IMG/VR virus record: IMGVR_UViG_3300035208_003016
Direction: 5' to 3' (one strand)
Length of the DNA: 20,000 bases
Source of the DNA: an uncultured virus (IMG/VR IMGVR_UViG_3300035208_003016)
Taxonomy: Duplodnaviria > Heunggongvirae > Uroviricota > Caudoviricetes
Below, one piece after another: positions 15,619 through 20,000 of this stretch. Position 1 is the first letter of the stretch. Every line of letters starts with the position of its first letter. Under the pieces are notes generated by a model. The model was given only the letters and a program-made list of their open reading frames with translations, ran no database searches and was not told the DNA's origin. The translations under genes were made by a program, and so were the position numbers.

Positions 15619-15790
15619 TTAAAACCTCCAGTTTTAGGTAATTAGATATTAAAAATTGTCTTGTTACTATGTATCTTACTGTTGTATTTATTTTACGAAC
15701 TAAAAGTTTATTTATTTTTATAAAAGTGATTATAACATTATCTACTTTATTAGTTTTATTTACTAAGACATCACCAACTTTTAGTTTCAT
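15521..15790 (-). CDS. hypothetical protein
   Basis: MKLKVGDVL start with AAGGA RBS; C-terminus overlaps the next gene by ~98 nt. Confidence 0.5.
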   Translation of the reverse strand: MKLKVGDVLVNKTNKVDNVIITFIKINKLLVRKINTTVRYIVTRQFLISNYLKLEVLNERNKKQKSNPVQKNNKIRSHWKTRRPTKTDA

Positions 15791-15811
15791 ATAATGTCCT
15801 TGTTAAATTAT

Positions 15812-15949
15812 TTATTCTTCTTGATAGGTTGTATCTTTCTTAGGTTTTTCTAGTTTATTTTGTTTTCGAAGTCTTCGAGATCTAGAAATAGGATCTTCGT
15901 CTTCTTCATTTAAAAGAAGATCCAATTCTTCTGGAGAAACCTTTGGCAT
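15812..15949 (-). CDS. small charged hypothetical protein (45 aa)
   Basis: MPKVSPEELDLLLNEEDEDPISRSRRLRK...; starts 2 nt after the upstream stop. Confidence 0.45.
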   Translation of the reverse strand: MPKVSPEELDLLLNEEDEDPISRSRRLRKQNKLEKPKKDTTYQEE

Positions 15950-15951
15950 AC

Positions 15952-16605
15952 CTAACCTTTCTGTTGAAACATTTTACGTTTAAATGCACTTCTGTGACAT
16001 TCGCAAAATTGTGGATATACAGATTGTCTTGAGTCATAAGTAATTAAAAAAGTATTAGAACATCTATTATTTAATTTATTTAAAGCATGGCATCGTATTT
16101 TAAGGCTTTGACCATTATGCAATCTTTTTTTATATTTAATTGATAGTATGATATTTTTACCATCAGGATCTGATAAAACAGATCTTGGAATACTTTTATT
16201 ATATAATTGTCGAGCTTCAATACATCTGATATCATCACAATATTTTTTTGTACCAATACCCATAAAAGTATTTATACATCCTACAAACTTACATATTTTA
16301 AGTCTTTTTTGATTTTTTGTAGGCCTTATATGTATTGGTGGATATCCACGTAGATTTAATATTTTTCCAGATTTATTTCTGTATTTTTCGAGATATATAT
16401 TATCGATTTCAAATTCTCCTGATAAAAGTGCATTTATACGTTCAAGATGTTTATTACATACTTCATAACCTTGAATAGATATTCCATCATGCTTAAGTTT
16501 TCCAGTTATACAAAAATATGCTTGTGCTGGTTCATCACAAAACATACAAGTTTTACTTGTTATATCTAAACTATTTCCTCTTACAACTTGAACAACACAT
16601 TCCAT
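15952..16605 (-). CDS. Cys-rich putative multi-Zn-binding protein
   Basis: Probable start MECVVQ (GAGGA RBS); CMFC, CNKH, CKFVGC, CDDIRC, CECH motifs. Confidence 0.65.
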   Translation of the reverse strand: MECVVQVVRGNSLDITSKTCMFCDEPAQAYFCITGKLKHDGISIQGYEVCNKHLERINALLSGEFEIDNIYLEKYRNKSGKILNLRGYPPIHIRPTKNQKRLKICKFVGCINTFMGIGTKKYCDDIRCIEARQLYNKSIPRSVLSDPDGKNIILSIKYKKRLHNGQSLKIRCHALNKLNNRCSNTFLITYDSRQSVYPQFCECHRSAFKRKMFQQKG

Positions 16606-16849
16606 TTTGTTCCTCAAATATCTTTCCGTAAGTATCTTCCCAATATTTGCGATATTTTGCTGCAAATTTTTCTATCCATTCACAGCATGCTTGATCCTGA
16701 AGATCATGTCCACATTTTTCACTTTCAATCCATTTATGAATTTCTATTTCTTTTTTTTGATCTTCTAGAAACTTTTTAAACTTTGCGTCATTAAGTAACT
16801 TATGTTTTAAAGTTTTACTTTTTTTATAGTTTTTTACCAACATACTCAC
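16571..16849 (-). CDS. DUF4032-like small protein
   Basis: EIEIHKWIESEK.GHDL...A..EWI.K.A..YR pattern. Confidence 0.55.
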   Translation of the reverse strand: MSMLVKNYKKSKTLKHKLLNDAKFKKFLEDQKKEIEIHKWIESEKCGHDLQDQACCEWIEKFAAKYRKYWEDTYGKIFEEQNGMCCSSCKRK

Positions 16850-16850
16850 C

Positions 16851-17012
16851 TCATGGTTTTAAAACTATTGTTTCGTTGTTATATTTGAATATAGCACAAT
16901 ATTTAACTGATGGTCTTAGCATTTCTAATACTGGAAAATCAAATATTGTAAGTTCTTTAGGTTTTTTATTACAACCTATTCTTATATCATCTTTATATAA
17001 AATTATTGTCAT
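16851..17012 (-). CDS. small hypothetical protein (53 aa)
   Basis: Below the track cut-off; ATG at 17010-17012 with AAGGA RBS, in frame with TGA at 16851. Confidence 0.45.
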   Translation of the reverse strand: MTIILYKDDIRIGCNKKPKELTIFDFPVLEMLRPSVKYCAIFKYNNETIVLKP

Positions 17013-17278
17013 ATTTATCCTTAATCGTAAATTATTATTTTAATTGGAATGTCATTTTTATAAATTATTTCACATATACATTTATATTTATACTCAAGTA
17101 AAAAGTTTTTGTCTTTACATTTTTCTATAAATTCGTTATAATTAAATATTTGTTTCATAAATATCCATATATTAATATAAGAAAGGAAAGAGCACTAACT
17201 TACCTAGGTTTTGTTTTTTTGACGTTCAGTTCCCATTACTGACTTGTAGTGTTTTTGTTTTAATCCTATATTATATTA

Positions 17279-18127
17279 TTATTTTAAATAGTTATCTGTA
17301 GTATCTATTTTAACATTATATTTAGCTAGAAAGCTATGAAACTTTTTCTTAAGTTCAGGTACTGCTCCTACAGCAGCTGTTCCATCACTTAGAAATACCA
17401 TCTTTTTAGCAATCTGTTGAGCAATAGCATCATCTCCTTGAGATATCTGAAGAATAAAATCAACGAAACTATTCATAAGACAATAATCTTCTGCAAGACC
17501 AGCCCAAGCGAGTTCATCTAGATTGTTAAGAGAATTAATAAGAAACATATTTACATCAGTAGATGGATCACTTGCATCTGGTACTTCAGCTTTAAATACA
17601 GAAAAATGTTCAGCAAATATATTAGATCCTTTTGTTGTCTTATTTATTGGACGATTTTTAAGATCTTCCCATTCACATAAAGCTTTATATAAATTAGCTT
17701 GAATAGACATACCATCTGTTCCAATAAGACAATGTTCTGTCCATATTGTATGTTCAATGCGTTCAAGACCAAGCTTTTCACGTTCGTTATTTCTAACTGC
17801 TAGGTCTTTGATATACTTCTGTTGTCTACTTTGCCATGCTGGATTAGAAGCTCTCCAGATTGCTGTAGGACCTATTATATCGCTTTCTTTCATTTGAGTG
17901 ATGAATGGATCAGGATTTTTTCCTTGAGCGTTAATCCACATCCTAGGATGTCCTATATGATGTCTATGGTGTGCGTCTAGAGTGATATCGATACTAAATA
18001 AATCTTTCTTTACTCTCTTAATCATATCTGCAACTCGATCAAGAGCGTCATTACCACCAGTTACAGCTAGTTTACCACCTTCACAGAAATCTACTTGAGG
18101 ATCAATAACAATAAGTCCTACTTTCAT
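17279..18127 (-). CDS. nicotinamidase/isochorismatase-family cysteine hydrolase
   Basis: IDPQVDF, TLDAH..HI.H, W.EHC..GT.G, KG and AGLAEDYC catalytic/metal motifs. Confidence 0.88.
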   Translation of the reverse strand: MKVGLIVIDPQVDFCEGGKLAVTGGNDALDRVADMIKRVKKDLFSIDITLDAHHRHHIGHPRMWINAQGKNPDPFITQMKESDIIGPTAIWRASNPAWQSRQQKYIKDLAVRNNEREKLGLERIEHTIWTEHCLIGTDGMSIQANLYKALCEWEDLKNRPINKTTKGSNIFAEHFSVFKAEVPDASDPSTDVNMFLINSLNNLDELAWAGLAEDYCLMNSFVDFILQISQGDDAIAQQIAKKMVFLSDGTAAVGAVPELKKKFHSFLAKYNVKIDTTDNYLK

Positions 18128-18130
18128 ATT

Positions 18131-18607
18131 TTACTCCTTAAGTTTATAGGTTAAATTAAAAGTATCTTTTTCAATACGATAAATATCATCAACAGTATCT
18201 GGAACTTTGCAAATATAATCTCCAAAATTACATATCATTTCTTCATTCCAAGGAGCTAAAAAAGTAATAGATTCTCCAATATATTCAAAAGCATCAGTTT
18301 CACCTTTTGGGATTACTATAAGCCATATATTATTGTTGTATGTGATTTGTGCTTTAGTATTTATATATCTATTATTAAAAACTTTTTCTGTTATTAAATA
18401 TGTTTCGTTTTTACCATTAACTGTAATATTTTGAATAACACAATTAAATTCATTATTAGATATATTAGTTGTTTCTATTTTATTATCTAGAACTGAAACT
18501 ATTAATTCATTAGGTAATGCTTTTCGATATATAAATTTTCCAGATTTAGCATACCTTTTTGTTTGATTAGAGTTAAATAAATTAATTAATTCAGTTTTAG
18601 ATAACAT
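18131..18607 (-). CDS. conserved phage protein (PGDYG-like)
   Basis: FLAPW.E.M....GDYI...DIYRIEK..F..TY. Confidence 0.55.
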   Translation of the reverse strand: MLSKTELINLFNSNQTKRYAKSGKFIYRKALPNELIVSVLDNKIETTNISNNEFNCVIQNITVNGKNETYLITEKVFNNRYINTKAQITYNNNIWLIVIPKGETDAFEYIGESITFLAPWNEEMICNFGDYICKVPDTVDDIYRIEKDTFNLTYKLKE

Positions 18608-18608
18608 G

Positions 18609-19013
18609 TTAAACTCCTATAGTTTTTTGTTTATACCAATTAAATTGAATTGAAGTTTCTTTTTTATGACAATTAGAACACATAATTTTACATTTAGATA
18701 TTTCTTTTTTTATTGTATCTAAACTCATATTTAACATGTGTGATATTACATATTTTTTATCTCTAAGATGATGAAATTCTAGACATCTTATATCTTTTTC
18801 ACCACATTTACATGGATTTTCTAAAAGATATTGAATTAAGAAATTCTGATTATGTTCAACTGTTTTAATTAATGATATTTTTCTTAATTTTTTAACAATA
18901 GGATTCAAACGTTTAATTCTATATTCTTCATTATAACACGTTTTACATTTTGCTGATCTACTATTAAATTCATCTTTAAATTTCCAGTCATTACATTTTT
19001 TACATAATTTCAT
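18609..19013 (-). CDS. HNH endonuclease-like protein (paralogue of 9120-9524)
   Basis: CKKC, CKTC, CKCGE, LEFHHL, KC.IMCSNCH. Confidence 0.85.
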   Translation of the reverse strand: MKLCKKCNDWKFKDEFNSRSAKCKTCYNEEYRIKRLNPIVKKLRKISLIKTVEHNQNFLIQYLLENPCKCGEKDIRCLEFHHLRDKKYVISHMLNMSLDTIKKEISKCKIMCSNCHKKETSIQFNWYKQKTIGV

Positions 19014-19015
19014 GG

Positions 19016-19459
19016 TTATATATCATTTGAAGTTAATAATCCACTACATAAGAGATCTACTAGACGCGAATTTAAGGCATCACGTTCTAATTTATAACAA
19101 TCATCACATAATGTTTGTATCCAATCAAGATCTTTTCTTAATTTCCCAGATTTTCCATCATTTTCACATAGTGTATAAGATAATTGTTCAAATTGATTAA
19201 GTTGCCAGAATATTTTATTAAATATATCTTCCCATTCTTCTTTGGATAAATTTTCTTTTAATTTATCATAATTTAGATTTATTCTTAATCCACCTAATTT
19301 TTCTTTTATTTGAAATATTTCGATAAGTTTTTTTGTATCAATATCTGATAAGAAAGATAAAGTTAGATATATTAAACTATTCCATCCAGAACCGCATTCA
19401 AATTTAAAATTATCTAGAAACATATATTTGTATTTATCTATAATTTCTTTTTCTGTCAT
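19016..19459 (-). CDS. conserved phage hypothetical protein with C-terminal Zn site
   Basis: ECGSGW..LI, QIKEKLGGLR, TLCE..G...WIQTLCDDC. Confidence 0.7.
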   Translation of the reverse strand: MTEKEIIDKYKYMFLDNFKFECGSGWNSLIYLTLSFLSDIDTKKLIEIFQIKEKLGGLRINLNYDKLKENLSKEEWEDIFNKIFWQLNQFEQLSYTLCENDGKSGKLRKDLDWIQTLCDDCYKLERDALNSRLVDLLCSGLLTSNDI

Positions 19460-19776
19460 TAATCTTTCCTTAAATTTATATTTTTATATTTTGATATTAT
19501 ATGATTATTTAAAAAAACTATATGAGCTTCTCCTCTATTCCAATCTCTATAAGATTCACTTATTAGTTTATATGAATATTTTCCAGTTAAAGATTTAAGT
19601 ATATTATCATCTATTGATTCTAAATTTTTTATAGTTGCTGTTCTTTCAGAAAATCTATTTCCATCAAGTAATGATATTAATTTTAATTCAAAAAAATTTA
19701 TCTGAGATAACATATAATAATTATAAAATGTATCTATTTCAAAAATATTTCCTATTTTATACATATTATTTTCCAA
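19459..19776 (-). CDS. hypothetical protein
   Basis: 105-aa ORF, TAATG-coupled to the next gene. Confidence 0.6.
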   Translation of the reverse strand: MENNMYKIGNIFEIDTFYNYYMLSQINFFELKLISLLDGNRFSERTATIKNLESIDDNILKSLTGKYSYKLISESYRDWNRGEAHIVFLNNHIISKYKNINLRKD

Positions 19777-19960
19777 ATATTTTTCTTATTAATGCTATAA
19801 TAATATGAACGCTTCCAAAAAACAATATCATAATATTTAGAATTATTAATTTATATATATTTATACAAAGTTTATTTATAAAATTTCCAATATTACTACC
19901 TAGATTGTCACAAAATTCAACTGAACGATCAAATTTAGCTTTATCAGAATTAGTAAACAT
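19766..19960 (-). CDS. small membrane protein
   Basis: 64 aa with a C-terminal hydrophobic helix. Confidence 0.55.
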   Translation of the reverse strand: MFTNSDKAKFDRSVEFCDNLGSNIGNFINKLCINIYKLIILNIMILFFGSVHIIIALIRKIFGK

Positions 19961-20000
19961 TACTTTTCCTTTGGATAGTTATGAGATCCTGGAGCAAATT

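Noticed and set aside
2630..19200. Plus-strand ORFs 2630-2965, 3469-3732, 11409-11597, 13995-14267, 16588-16779, 19012-19200
   Set aside because: Antisense shadows of well-supported minus-strand genes, with no motifs.
1..20000. Stop-codon reassignment, seen in some large phages
   Set aside because: Conserved genes are full length in the standard code, TAA, TAG and TGA all end genes at tight junctions, and there is no suppressor tRNA.

Overview
This is a strongly AT-rich, gene-dense segment with essentially all genes on the minus strand and frequent ATGA/TAATG overlaps. It looks like the accessory region of a large (jumbo-like) bacteriophage genome. Recognisable genes are a partial ClpA/ClpB-like AAA+ protein, GntR-like wHTH, DUF3310, a nucleoside 2-deoxyribosyltransferase-like protein, a stand-alone BRCT, OsmC-like, a PurZ-like adenylosuccinate-synthetase homologue, a Ro60/TROVE protein, two HNH proteins, a cyclic-phosphate-processing receiver domain, YqeY, an ATP-dependent DNA ligase, a vWA protein, a nicotinamidase/isochorismatase-like protein, tRNA-Gly(UCC) and tRNA-Leu(UAA). 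The highlight is directly upstream of Ro60 (8335-10013): an array of six Y-RNA-like elements sharing a scaffold conserved in pairing but not in sequence (stem / UGU-or-UGC versus U-rich internal loop / stem / invariant UACUUC). Each carries a different apical module, three being circularly permuted YrlA-type tRNA mimics. Two more stem-closed tRNA-like RNAs lie inside the array. Other notable items are PurZ signature residues, a 25-bp tandem duplication that frameshifts a gene, a ~225-nt region closed by a perfect 20-bp inverted repeat, and a Clp protein with a degenerate second ATPase ring. All family assignments come from motif recognition by eye, not database searches.
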